A stretch of 63,798 nt of DNA, the filler included, from Bipalium vagum (taxonomy: Eukaryota): the NCBI GenBank assembly GCA_037834085.1. It is 3 parts of 3 records of this genome, joined end to end, with 100 filler letters (N's around TTAATTAATTAA, not from the genome) between each part and the next. Parts side by side here need not be neighbours in the genome. Positions count along the whole stretch, not along the records: positions 1 to 17,427 come from JBBMKC010065984.1; 2 more parts are not named here. One strand, written 5' to 3'. Position 1 is the first letter of the stretch; each line of letters starts with the position of its first letter. Shown piece after piece: positions 1-12,790 of the stretch. The translations under genes were made by a program, and so were the position numbers. Below the pieces are notes generated by a model, which did not search any database, was not told the origin of the DNA, and saw nothing but the letters and a program-made list of their open reading frames with translations.

Positions 1-674
1 TAAGCATTAGCAAAATGTTGTACATATAGATTTTACTTAAAAATTTAATTTATCCTTAAAATAGTTTATATATTTAAGTGACATCAAAATTTTAAAAAAC
101 GCTTTAACATAACAAATCTATTTTAATAATTATACAATATTTTTTTAAAATAAATTTTTAATGAGTTTTAAACCTAACATATATATTTCTAAATTAACAT
201 AGTTCAAATCATAAAACTTTTAATATAATTCGTAATCTAAAATTATTTCGATATTTACAGGGTGGCTCAAAACATATAGACGGCATTTAGTACAGGCTTA
301 TAAATATGTTAATATGATTACGTTAATATTTAATCAATTGTATTGATCTAGTTTAAAAAGTAAATGTCGATAAAAAGTATCATTGCCCCAATAATTTTTT
401 ATAATGCATAAAAAATATAATTTAATATCTATGTTATACAAGATTTGATAAAATTCGTATAAATAAATGAAAACTAATTATGAAAACATTAAGAATAAAA
501 AAATATAATATAAAATAATAAATAATAATTATTACTAATGTTAAATGGAATAAAATGAAATTGAAAATATTTTGTGTAAACAATTTATTTATATAGTAAT
601 ATTTGTCGACCTTCATTCTTGATGATTGTTTGTTTAAGTTGATTAATAAGTAACAAATCATTAATGTGCTAGAT

Positions 675-1889
675 ATGACCAGAGGTAAATGTTGTGATGG
701 TATTTTTTTTGAAATAGTTTTTATGCAATTAATTTTCGAATTTTATGAATTTAATGTGCACCTTTCCATTCAGACTTCAAGGAAGACATTTTGGTACTTT
801 ATATATTAAGTATGATTATTAAATGTTTTCGTAACGTCGATGTTAAAGTTCCTTTTGCAGTCGGACTGACGATCCTCGTATGCCTCATCATAATCGGGAT
901 AGTGATCAGAATAGCTTTGAGATCGGAGTGAGACCTTTTTTCTTTTGATCGTCGTTCATGATATAAAAATATTAATCAATTTTTTTGTTGATAATGTACA
1001 ACTGATCACCACCAGGATTTTATTTGAGATTTTTGGGCAAAAAATCAATAACTTTCTCTTTGCAGAACTCCGATCAATAACGAAGAGATTCAAAAAATCA
1101 TAAAATCTTCAGACAAAACCGTTTTGGATTACAAAGACCAATCGGATTTTTATTTGAGGTTAATATTTTGTTATTTTTAATCAATTATTTTATGACAAAT
1201 TTTTAATAATAAATAAAATAAAAATAATTATTAATTTAATATTTAATATTTTTTTCGCATATAAAAAAAGAAATATTGTGAAAATTCATAGGAAAAAAAA
1301 TTCAATATTAATAATTAATATTCAAAAATAATATTAAATAAAAATAATAATTTATTAAAAAAATTAATATTTAATATTATTATGAATAATTCACAAAAAT
1401 ATTTATTTTTAAAAATTTTATTTAATTATTTTATCACAATTAAAAGTTAAAAAAATAAAAATAATATTGAAAAAATACTGATTTAATTATTTTATCACCA
1501 ATGAATGTTCGTCTCATTGTAATTATGTTGTGTCAGATTGAAATTATTATTATTAATTTTATTATCATTATTATATTAATTTTAGCCAACATGAATGGAG
1601 CATGAGCAGCGACGATACCAATACGGAGTTCATGAAGTCAGAAGTAAGCCTTGTCACCGTATGGTTTTTGCTGAAGGGCTTGGTTCAGTAATTACCAATG
1701 AGCACATGTCGTTCATGCAAAAACCGATCATGCTCTCATTTCAAAGAATTTTCATTTTTCATTTATTATTATTTAAAAGATAACAATGGCCTCATTCAAA
1801 CATTGATTTTTTTTATTTCTTTTCAGGTTGTTGAGGAGGAACAATACAATCCAAATTTTATCGGATTTAAACAAAATGTTGAAGAATAA
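675..1889 (+). CDS. Small spliced orphan protein with one N-terminal hydrophobic (signal-anchor/TM) helix and an acidic C-terminal part; 5' end uncertain
   Basis: GT-AG exons 861-927, 1066-1158, 1586-1643 and 1827-1889 join in frame: (V)GLTILVCLIIIGIVIRIALRSE-TPINNEEIQKIIKSSDKTVLDYKDQSDFYLS-QHEWSMSSDDTNTEFMKSE-VVEEEQYNPNFIGFKQNVEE*. Candidate upstream micro-exons are 675-684 (ATG) and 774/782-793. Confidence 0.6.
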
Positions 1890-2599
1890 ATTTATCATTC
1901 GTAATTATTCACTTATGAAAAATAAACTAATAAAATAATAATAATTATTATTATTGTTAATAATATTATTATTATTACTGCTGATATTATTTGCGTGACG
2001 GTAATGTGAATATTTTCAGTGATGTTTATTGATGAGCATTGTCAAAACTTGTTGGCTTTTGAAGAATATATTTAATTTTGACTCTAATTCAGGTGGTGAC
2101 CATCAAACTTCATTATAATCTCATCAAATTATTTTTCACTTTTTTGCACGTTTTTTTATTATTACGTATAACAAGAGTCAGAAAAAACTGGCTCATACGA
2201 TCGTAAACACCAATGCGTAGATGTAATTAAAATAATTAAAATCAGAACTAAATAACAAGTAAAAAAATAACTAAAAAAATAAAAACCTTATAAAAGAATA
2301 AAATTAAATAAAAAAATATTTAAAAACTTAATAAAAAAAAATATAAACGAAATAATAAATAAAAATAAACATAAATTAAATAAAAACTAAATTAAATTAA
2401 AAGCTTTAAAAGAAAAAAACTAAATAAAACCAATTGAGAAATTTACCCAAATTTCATTGGTTGTAATTTATTAAATTTTAGTTATTTTGTTAGTCAAGGG
2501 TACATCACCTTAAGTCTTTGAATTATATGACCACTAAAGAGTCTATAATAATATAATCATAATAATAATAAAAATATTTTTTATCATTAAATGAGCTAA

Positions 2600-3284
2600 T
2601 CTTGACAACAGCGAATGTCGAATTGCCAAGATTAGATCAGGGACCGATTTAACATTAAGTACCTAAAAAGGGAATTGATATTGCCATCTAAAAACACTGT
2701 TCTACAAGTGAGTGGTAGTCTGATTCGTATAAAAGGCACTGAAGTTCTCAATGGAATGCCACAAAAAGGAGTTCGCAAAAGTTGTTTTATTTGGAATTTA
2801 TTTGATTTGAAAACTTCAGAAGAAATTTATTGCTGGAAACAAACTGAGTTTTAATGCGACAGGAGTCAACGATAGGTCCTGTTTTCTTAAGAAGTTTTTG
2901 AGCGTACCGGGTCGGAATTAACAGAGGTCCCTAGTACCATTGTCTTCTAAAGCGGTCAAATATCTACTGTGTTTATTTTTCTGTTTTTAAAATTAGCAAT
3001 GGACTTATTGATTATATTAATTGTATTTGATATGAGTATTATCGATTATTTTGATTTTCAGTATGTTTGAGACGATTGGCTGATTATATATTTGCCACAT
3101 TCAAATTAGTTGAGATTGATTTATTTTGTAATCATCATTGTGTATCTGTGTTGATAAAATAAAATTTATATTGTGATCGTTTTGATTCAATTATTTCCGA
3201 ACGCGTTATTGGTAAAAGTCAAAGGTAAAAGTGGATACGACCAAATTGTTACGAAAGGGTTTCATAGTAATGTAAAGCGTAACA
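2600..3284 (+). mobile_element. Solo-LTR-like segment, related to 21937-22823; left edge approximate
   Basis: Ends in GTAACA. Shares AATAAA..TTGTGAT(C/T)GTTTT..TCAATTA and TTACGA..AAGG.T...ATAGT...GTAACA blocks with the 21937-22823 element. Confidence 0.4.
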
Positions 3285-5015
3285 AATTAAAACTAATTTA
3301 AATTATAAATAAACGAAACATTAAATTGAGTTTAATTTACTCATTAAATATTATTTAACTTACATAATATTCAGTATTATTATTAATTATTATTAGTAAT
3401 TATTATTATTAATCTAATATTAAAAATTTTATTTTGTTGCGTACATAATAATAATAATAAATTAATTATATTTGCTGAAATTAATTTAAATTGAAAATAA
3501 GTTAATTCTGTGGTTCTCTTTATCAAAATTGCAAAATAAAAGAACTGTAACGATCATCATGGATTGGGAATGAACTCATTTCAAAGACAAATCGATATGA
3601 AATAGTATTAAAATCTTTAGAAAGATAATTGAAATGTAAAATCTGGGGAGAACGGTTTCATTCAGTTTCATAATTGAATTAATGATCTCTTGCCAAGAAC
3701 GCCGGAGAATTATTTCTAATTATTTTGGTTTACATTAGGAAAACGAGAGAGAAAACATTACGGGAAAAATCGCTAAAAATTTAATGTAATAATGGTGAAG
3801 AGTGAAATATTTTCCATTTTTCAGGCGGTAAATACATAGAATAAAATAAAACTCATAAAATCCCGACAATAATAATAACCAGGATAGGAGGTTCTGTTAT
3901 AAACAAGCGATAATGATTTCAACTGCGTTTATGCCGTCGCCTCAATTTCACTATATGTAATATGTCAATCATTTCACGTACATCATCCGTGTTAGTGACT
4001 CACCGATGACCTTCACAAAATTGGTCTTTCAGATTTGTGTGCTCACTCTGGTATTCTACTGACTCCTTGATGGTGCTTCATCCCAAAACACTAAATGAAG
4101 TCGATCCAGATATTTGTTTGGTGCATAGGAGATTATCGAATCATCGATAACTGAGGAATACAAGATTTTTCTCATTTAATAAATTATCGAGAACAATAGG
4201 AATTTGTCTCAAATATCAAAAGTGAACATCATAGATGATCAAATAGATAAAGAGAAAGTTGCTGAGTACTGAGATGATGGAAAAGAGAAAGAAATTTGTA
4301 ACAAGCAAAATGTTGACAGACAAATTTCAGAATGAAAAATAATTTTAGAATTAATAAATTAACGTTACGTTTCAATTACTCCAGAGATATCGTTCAGAAT
4401 TTTCGTATCAAATAATTTGTTAATAAATTGAAGTCGAATATTTTATTTGAACTTTCGTAACACTTTTAATAAATCAATAACGGATAAATGTTGAAAACCC
4501 ATAATTTTACTTGTGACCAATGTTAAATCGCAATCCACGACGTATAAGCAAACATTTCAGTCTCAACAGTAGTTAGGACAATTGATCACTAACGAAAAAT
4601 CACTGTTATCATCTTCATAATAATAATTATTATTAGCATTGATATTATTATTATTATTATTATTATATTTGTTATTAGTATTACTATTATTATCATTATT
4701 AGAATTAATATTATTACTTATTATCTTACAGATGTTACCCCTTTTTCAATCATCTCATTAGCTGTGGTAAGTGCTTAGTTATAGTCAAACAACTATGGCG
4801 GAGCTTGTTACAAAGTATTGTCACATTTACTACTTAATTTCATCAATTTATTAACGGAAATTAGTGGATAAATTTAACATTTGCAACAGACATGGGTTAA
4901 TTAGAAATTTACAGTTTCCTGGTTGCTGATTCTGCTTCAAAAGACATCATTCAATACAAATAATGGTACATAAAACTAAAAGACTGTAATCAGGTGCAAC
5001 CTAACGAAGGTTTGC

Positions 5016-5831
5016 TTAGTAGTTGGGCTCTATGAAGATGTATTTATGGTTTTCGACCAGTTGGATGTCCCGTTCTAGCTCGGTCATCTCGGCCTCCAAG
5101 TATTTCTTGTACTTCTTGAATTTCAACGTATCGTTGCTGTGGGACAGTTTCAAGTAATCCTTATTGAAATTATCCCAAGACGTTTTCAGCCCGTTTATCA
5201 ATTCCGTTCTCTGTTCCGGAGTCAGGAAATAGTTCGATTCATTGATAGCCCTCTCATTCAGATAGTGCTCATAGGCATCACGGGTATCGTTGACGGCCTT
5301 CATACGCTGTCTGATGTATTTGGGCACTCTACCGTAGCCGTCTTTGAAGATGAATTTCTTTTCCAAGCCCGAATGGGTTTTTGTGTTTTCCAATTTGAAA
5401 ATGTCTCCCTTCTTGGTGTCAATGACAATCTTCTCCGGCTTTATACTCGGTTGCATAATGGCGCAAATCGCGTTGCGATTGATGATATTCTGACTCTCAC
5501 AAATCGGCGGCAGGGTGATCCATTCTTTTCTGGTGGGAACTTTTTCCTTTTTAATGTTGCATTTGTAATTGAAGGAGCCCGTCGGCTTTTTCAATTTTCG
5601 GAAGGTATGGGAAAATTTCTTCAGAAACTCCTTCGGGTTCGGCGGTTCCTCCTGAGCCCTGCCCATTGTTTTGTGCTGCATGAGAGCGTTACTGGATGCC
5701 AATTTCTTGTTATTCTTGATCCCAGATCTGTACTTGGAAGTATATTTTGGCTCTTTGACAACCTTTTTGTTTTCTTTGGGAATTAAATTGCAAATAAATT
5801 CTTTTCTCTCCTGAGACAGAGGCCGATCCAT
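5016..5831 (-). CDS. ENKUR: Enkurin (ciliary/flagellar microtubule inner protein, calmodulin/TRPC-binding), intronless, 271 aa
   Basis: Motifs ICNLIP, KTMG..EEPPNPKEFLKK, GDIFKLE..SGLEKKFIFKDGYGRVPKYI, GLKTSW and LEAEMTELERDIQLVENHKYIFI match enkurin over its full length. First ATG at 5831 (MDRPL); the ORF-track start at 5846 is a TTG. Confidence 0.93.
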   Translation of the reverse strand: MDRPLSQERKEFICNLIPKENKKVVKEPKYTSKYRSGIKNNKKLASSNALMQHKTMGRAQEEPPNPKEFLKKFSHTFRKLKKPTGSFNYKCNIKKEKVPTRKEWITLPPICESQNIINRNAICAIMQPSIKPEKIVIDTKKGDIFKLENTKTHSGLEKKFIFKDGYGRVPKYIRQRMKAVNDTRDAYEHYLNERAINESNYFLTPEQRTELINGLKTSWDNFNKDYLKLSHSNDTLKFKKYKKYLEAEMTELERDIQLVENHKYIFIEPNY

Positions 5832-6029
5832 TAAATAATTTACCAAACGATTTGAATTGCCAATAACAAATCAATAATATATTAAATAATAAATCAATAA
5901 TTATACTTACATGGATTGGTATACACGTTAGTTCAGAATAATGAGCACTTTGAACATGACTAGGTAAAGATATCCACCGACTTCGATGAAGGGGTTTTTT
6001 GAAGAGGACAATACAAATATTATTAATTG

Positions 6030-6400
6030 CTAGGAAACACACAAGGAAACGAATTATATAAGGTAGTAAATGATATCCTAAAATTCTATGTGGCCCTGTC
6101 TGATATCACGAAAACTGCATTTCATGCATTGTCACCTGTCAGTTTTACCAAAGAATTGTAAAGAATTCACCGATGGGCAGGGTGAAAGATTTCATCTAGA
6201 CGTTGAAATTATGGAAAGCAGAAATAGAGGAAAATTTTTTCAAATAATTTTTATATTGTTAATGTTTTATTTTTAAAAATCTTAATATTATATTATAATA
6301 ATAATACTGTTTGATGTATTTCACAAAAATTGAAGGGTGCTATGATAAAACGGTCTGCACATTTCGGATCAACGTGTTTAAATTATCTTAAATATTTATT
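6030..6400 (+). mobile_element. 3' fragment of a degenerate DNA transposase, Chapaev3/CMC-like
   Basis: LGN.HK..NY..VVNDIL..Y..L...S.KLHFMHCHL..LPKNC..FTDGQGERFHLDVEIMESR resembles the recurrent invertebrate motif SLKIHFLHSHLDFFP.NLG.VSDE.GERFHQDI..ME.RY; frameshifted. The superfamily assignment is from recall. Confidence 0.6.
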
Positions 6401-6450
6401 TGATTATTAAAATATTGATTTTTAAAAGTTCAAAATTTGTTGGGCATGTA

Positions 6451-6500
<50 letters not shown>
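6451..6500. repeat. (AAT)n microsatellite
   Basis: Direct reading; it produces the poly-Y ORF at 6422-6622. Confidence 0.95.
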
Positions 6501-6519
6501 GTAATAATATTAGTGGTAA

Positions 6520-7346
6520 TGTTTGTGATAATGATGAAAAAATTAACTTCTTTGCGATATATCTGCCCGAGAAGGACTTCATAATCATTTTTACTTCCTT
6601 GAGGAATGTACGCCTTTCTCATGCCCCAAAGGCATAATAATTAATTTTCTTTTTCTGGATCGGGCTTTGAAGGCAGTTTTGCTCGGGTTTTGTATTGATG
6701 ATAATGGAGAACTAATTAATTTCTTCCCGTTTGTGAGGCAGAAGAGAATATTTTTCTTTTCCGGGTTGGACTGTTAAAAAATCAATAATTCTTCTCTGTG
6801 CCTGCTGGGCAGGCAAGGAGGATATTCTCATTGGCCATGATAAATGAGCAGAATGGAGCAGGTCTGTTTTCTCTTTCAGAAAAGAAGAGCTCAGAAAACA
6901 CTGTGATTATTGTTTAAAGAAACAATGTGACTCTTGACAGTGATACTTAATCTTCAATTCAAAGCACCGGTAAGATTTTTGAGGGTCTTTTATTGTTTTC
7001 GAGTCTCTATCGAGTTTTGAAAGTTGTCGGGTGCTATTGTACACGCGAGCAACCTTTTAACGGTTTAAGTAACATTATTTTGACCATTTTCTTTTGTTTT
7101 AAATTTAAAGTAATTGCAGTAATACTTTTCTTTTTTATTATTTTGTTACATTTTGATTGGATTATAGCCATTGTGTTAAGTAGCATGATATCTGTCTGGG
7201 AGATTGCATGACTTGAGTGCAGAGAGGTGTTTGATCTCTTTTTAGACTTTTGTAAATGTTGAGATTTTGTGATATAACTTGAGATATTATTGATTGATAA
7301 ACTCTGTTGTGATCTTTATCGATTAAATAATTGTTTAGAAATTCAA
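6520..7346 (+). mobile_element. Possible solo-LTR-like segment
   Basis: ATAAA..TGTTGTGATC block and a GCGTTACCA end resemble the 3' ends of the 2600-3284 and 21937-22823 segments; edges uncertain. Confidence 0.25.
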
Positions 7347-7789
7347 ATTTACACATTGCGTTACCAACTCAACGACCAGATTTGGAGTCAGATAACAAAC
7401 AAAATATCAACATATTGTGGGGTTTTATTTTTTGGGCACCAATATATTTTAATTTTTTTCAGTGTTCTTGATCATTTCATGTCAGTTACATATTGCAAAA
7501 ATTTCTGGAATAAGATTTTTCAGTCATCAATGTCAGTATCCGGACTGTTTAAGCTTTTAAACCTTTAAGTAATAAAACCTTCGATAGAAATGACCAAAAA
7601 TGTTCCAGTTTTCAAAAAGATGAGAGCATTGTTCAAATATTCTTAACTCCTTGTAGGTCTATTTCAAGGATCATGGGTTCTTGAAATGTCTTTTCTTTGA
7701 CTATCAAAATTGGAACATCAACAAGATATTAGAGATCCAATTTAATTATGAGCCCCTAATCAACAGAATTTGAACATGAGTTTTATCCT

Positions 7790-7995
7790 TAACACACAAA
7801 CATTAATTGATTAAATATCCCCCTTCAATGTCACCTGGTCTCTGTCATCTATCTATCAAGCAATGAATGTCATCGGAATAAAATCAGTAGTTCTTCAATC
7901 AAAAAACGTTTGTAAGTCATTTATTGTGTCGTCGAGGCTTCCATAATGTTTTCCTTTAAAAAATTGAGCCATTGAGCGGAACAGATGATAAACCT
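7790..7995 (-). mobile_element. mariner transposase 3' fragment
   Basis: Reverse strand reads YHLFRSMAQFFKGKHYGSLDDT..LQTFFD. Confidence 0.7.
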
Positions 7996-8042
7996 TTTCC
8001 ATTTTGTATTTTTTGTTCAAAAAGTTTCCGTCCTTGTAATTT

Positions 8043-10543
8043 ATGGACGTATTTTCTGCAAATAATAAACAGGTGAACGTTCTTCATTACTCTGGTCTCT
8101 TTTTTCTGAATACGGACTTGACATTTTTAGAAGTTCTTCGAAAAATTATTTATACGCGAAAGTAAAAGCAGATTTCACCGATCTCCTGTTCACATTCGAT
8201 AACACGACCGGATATTTAGCCAAGATCTTTAATATATGACGATCTTCATCATTGTATTCTTGAATCACACCCAAGTTGCTAGGTGACTATAAAAAACCAA
8301 TTTACACTTGACCACATACGTGAAACAATCTATAACGTGCTTTAAAAATAATGTGGATATCTACAGAGCCCTTTGTGAGGAGCTTGGTAACAAGGTAAAC
8401 ATTTGAAAATAATGACTTGGTTTTGTTGAAGGAAAATAGAAAACGAATGGTCTCTTTCGATCTCTATGATTCGATTTGATTTCTTTTGAGAATTCTTTAC
8501 TTTGATCAGATTTCTTTACATTTAGATCTATCTGATTACGTTCTTAATACATTGTTATGTATTTTAGGTTAGGTCGAGATTTTGTTAATAATAATAAAAA
8601 TAACGGACTAAAAGAACAATTGGTTAATATTCTTTTAAATATTAACATGATAATAATAATTGATAATAATATTAAATATTAGTAATATATATTAATAATA
8701 AATATTAATCATAAATAATAATGCAACTAATCCTTTCTTTTTAATCTCTTATGGCGCAATATTAAAAGAATTCAAATTTGATGAGTACGACGGTTATTCT
8801 TGTGACGTGATGAATCATGGAAAATTTGATTTGCAATACGGAACGAAGCAAATAATGTTGGGTAATTTTTATTACTTAAAAGAAACACACAGGTCAGTCC
8901 GACGTAATATTATGTTGTCCCATAAGTAATTTTGCTTTTTTAATCTCTCTATATATTGTTATTAGCGATCGTTTTTGCAATTCTTTTGATTTAGTTATTG
9001 ATCTTAATATTATCATAATCAATGTTGACTATTTTTGTTTTAGATATTTTAACTAATGGCAGAAATATTAGCAGGAGATCGACATGCGTTGCGAGCATGT
9101 ATACTATATGAATTTCTACATGGACGTAAAGTTAGTGATGCTCATCGAAATTTATGCAAAGTAATGGGTTCTGATGCCGTGCACTATAATACAATCAAGG
9201 CTCATTTCAAAAGGTTCAAGAAAAATGATTTCGATCTTTCAGAAAAACCAAAGCCTGGATGCCACTCTATCGATCTTAATGATACCATCAAGTCTGCACT
9301 TATGCTTAAAAAATAAATAAAAATGCCAGGGAACTTGCTTCAACACTCGATCTACCAAAAACTACTATCTATCGTCATCTGAGGAACTCAGAAAGAAGTT
9401 ATACCTCATGAACTGACCGATCAGCAAGAATTGAACCGTTGTGCCATATCAATCTTATTGCTCTCTTAAAGACGGACGTTTTCTTGGATTGACCAAATTA
9501 TTACTGGAGATGAAAAACGGGTTGAAACGGGCGAAAACCCAAAAAAGATTCTGAAACATGAAATCCACGGTAAAAGGTGTTGCTGTCAGTTTGGTGGGAT
9601 TTAAAGGGAATAATTTATCTTGAGCTGCTTTCTGATAATACCACAGTTACTGCTAATGTATCCTGTGAACAATTGCAGAAAATGATAGCAGCTTATCGAA
9701 GTCTGCGTCCAAATGCTGATCGCATAATGTTGTTGCATGATAACGCCCGCCCTCACAGTGCAAAACTGACTCGAGAAAAATTGAGAGAGTTGGATGTCGA
9801 AATCTTGCCACATCCTGCTTATAGTCCCGACCTTGCTCCAATCGATTTCCATTTACAGGTCGCTGCAACATCATTTGGATGGTAGGCGTTACCAAAATCG
9901 GAACAATCTTCTCACTGACCTCAATGCCTTCTTCAGCAGCCAGCTTTCCAGAATTCTACAATCGTGGATTCATCCAATTAACAGAACCTTGGCAAGAAGT
10001 TATCGAACATAATGGAGAAAATATTGATTTATAAAGATTGATGTTTTTAATAAATTTTGTAAATAAAGTTTTTTTAAAAAGAGTACAATTACTTATGGGA
10101 CAACCTAATATTTATATATAATAAAATTTAATTTTTTTTCTCGCAAATCGAGACCTTACGATCTTAAATGATTACACATTAGCCGAAATATCGGTAATTT
10201 TATTCATTTTCCTTTTCTAATCTTCTTTGACGACAAATTTGCGAAGAAGGACTCGTAAAAACGGTGAGGACTTGATTAATTAAAAAGAGATAATTACATT
10301 ACAAGAACGTCTTCGAATCATAAGCTGACTTTCGTGGTGACACTAATCTTTTGATTAACCTTTCATTAGAAAAAGAAAGAGTACTGCAAGACAAATATGT
10401 CAAGTTGTCCTAATATTTACAGTGAGTGGAAATATTTAATGTTGAACGTTTGTTTTGCCCTTGTTTACAACGACGCAAATACGGGAGACTGGGGCGAAAT
10501 GATGAATTACGACGAGGACTATTTTCCTGGCTTCAAATATTGA
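8043..10543 (+). pseudogene. Decayed multi-exon orphan gene interrupted by a mariner
   Basis: Coding-like blocks ending at GT donors: NNVDIYRALCEELGNK|, VRSRFVNNNKNNGLKEQL|, GAILKEFKFDEYDGYSCDVMNHGKFDLQYGTKQIML|, then after the mariner DLTILNDYTLAEIS|, ADFRGDTNLLINLSLEKERVLQDKYVKLS* and DANTGDWGEMMNYDEDYFPGFKY*. Internal stops are present and several acceptors lack AG. Confidence 0.35.
8910..10108 (+). mobile_element. Full-span, non-functional mariner (DD34D) element with both TIRs and a TA duplication
   Basis: Left TA|TTATGTTGTCCCATAAGTAATT and right AATTACTTATGGGACAACCTAA|TA (one mismatch). Transposase pieces RHALRACILYEF, TGDEK, MLLSVWWDLKGIIY, HDNARPH and HPAYSPDLAPIDFHL are broken by stops and frameshifts. 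Confidence 0.95.
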
Positions 10544-11119
10544 GGAATCAATTATATTTGCTCAGCCATTCTGTCTTTTATTATTGTTAGAATAAAAAAT
10601 AGCAAATTGGAAGTTTTAATCTTTGTCCCAAAAATTGCTTTCATTCTTTCAAGTGATTTCGTTCGGTCTTGAGACGGTCTCTGAAGAACTTATTTTCTCT
10701 CCTAATCACCAAAATTATCAGGTTTCAGTGTGGGATTTTTCGATATTTCTCATAAGAAATAAATTTCATATTATCCGTAAAATTGGAAAATAGTTTAGAG
10801 AAGATTTTTCCTCAAAATATGTTTATCTCTGTGAAAATTATCCGGGGTCGAGATCCCTAGGCTACAGAGATGATCACGAAGAAAAATTCGTGACAAATAT
10901 TTTTTTCTTATTTTTCTTTTCTTTTTCCCCCATATTTATTTTTATTAATTTCAAGAGGTCTGAAGACCATTAATTTATTTGTTTGTTTTACAACGCATAT
11001 CAGAATTTCGAAGCCAATTTTTTCATAAAGGCATGTTATTTTCAATTTAAGTTTACAATTTATTGATTTCATTCAATTAAAAATATAATTATTTAATTAT
11101 TGATTTCGTAATTGACAAA

Positions 11120-11490
11120 GATACTTTTGAAATACCAAAATTAATTGATGAAAAAATTTTTTCTCATTGGCAAACATTAATGGATTTAAACGAAATTGAA
11201 CAGAACACCAAGTTCGATGATTACAATTATGTTAATCAAGAGTTAATTACGGATGGTAGAATGACTTTAGATGAAATAACAGAATTTGTAGTTCAAAATC
11301 AGAAAGTAATGTTGATGATGTTGAAGAATATGAATCACCAATTATTTTGAGTGAAGAAGCATTTAAATATTCTTATCTTTTTAGAAGCTTTCTAGAGAAA
11401 ACGAATTAAACTTATGTTATCAACTTGATAATATTACTTCGAATTACCGCTCTAAAATAGAGACAAACTAATTTGTTTGAGTATGAAATA
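11120..11490 (+). mobile_element. pogo/Tigger transposase C-terminal remnant
   Basis: FDDYNYVNQELITDGRMTLDEITEFV ... RQTNLFEY resembles the Tigger-derived C-terminus (D..L.T....D.EI...V ... KQT.I..F). Confidence 0.45.
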
Positions 11491-12072
11491 AAGTTATCAT
11501 TATTTGTGTTGTTCTATTTATCAGTATGTTCATATGTTAAATACAGGTTTTTTTAAATAGAATAAGTCATTGAAAACTGTTGGGATCCATAGAAAAAGAG
11601 GTCTCAGTACCAATCAACTCAAATTCAAAGCACGCAAAGGAGCCTGAACCGCTGCAGCCAGAGCCAGAGCAAGAGCTTATGGAGGATGATTCTCCAGAGC
11701 TCATTATTGACAATTAATAAACATTTTGATTATAATTTGATTTTAAACATGTGCATGAAAAAGCCTTGTTAGGCTTACTTTCTTCTTTCATATTTTGACT
11801 CTATTTTTAAAAATAATAAAAAAAATAATAATAATTAAATTATATATTCGTTTTCAATTAATATAAATAAATAAAATAATAATAATATAAATTGTGGGTT
11901 GAAATTAATTAAAACTTAACCCACAAAATTGATAAAAATAATGAATAATAATAAATTAGAAAATAAAACTTACTAAAAATACAATAATATGAAAAATTAT
12001 TAATACGAGGGAGGCTATATTTAGTAAGTTCTATAATATAAGAACTTTCCTAAAATAGGAAAAAACCCCATA

Positions 12073-12790
12073 TTATTCTATTAATGGAAAGTTTGTTTTT
12101 CCACAAATCAAGAGATCAGGAATGTGAAAATCAGGAGTATATAAGCTTTTGGTTTTCTCATTCGATTCGCAATTAACTTCCTCCGACAAGTTAAGCTGGT
12201 AAAAGGTAATAAATACGCTTCGGCTATTTGAAACATCGATCTCTTTTGAGAAAAATCACATTAATTAAATAATCATCATATTGCAAATACTCTGCAATAC
12301 GTTCTTTTTATTATATCTTCTTATTTCTTTTGTTTGTTTTCTTGGCCATTCGATTCTGCTTCGCTCTAGGCGACAGAATACGCACTTTTGACATAAGGGC
12401 CTCTTTGTTTATCGTAAAACAAAGAAGTCTGTAATTAATTAATATTATAACTGTGATACGAGCTGTATTTGTATTACAAAATATATTTTTGTAACAAAAA
12501 ACGTGTCATCTTAGTTGATTTAATAAGACTTAGTTCGTATCTTAGAACACTCATTTGTTACACTACCTTTGACGTAGTTGGTGAGCCCAATTCTAACCTA
12601 TATTAATATTGTTAGCATTTTTATATTTTCGAGATTAGATCTCGCAGTAAGCGTCGAATCAAACCCTTACACAACTTTAAAAAATTTACCTCTATATAGC
12701 ATCAAACCAACATATGACTTCATAAAATTACATACATAAAATTTTTCTTAAAATATTATTACCTCTTAATAACGTCATAAAACCCTAGTC
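12073..12790 (-). pseudogene. Possible decayed (or truncated) spliced orphan gene
   Basis: Exons 12597-12530 and 12428-12301 join in phase (VRIGLTNYVKGSVTNECSKIRTK-LLCFTINKEALMSKVRILSPRAKQNRMAKKTNKRNKKI**). An open block 12256-12073 follows (EIDVSNSRS...DFHIPDLLICGKTNFPLIE*). Confidence 0.3.

Noticed and set aside
5139-5786. 215-aa plus-strand ORF overlapping enkurin
   Set aside because: Antisense shadow of a GC-richer CDS; non-ATG start and no motifs.
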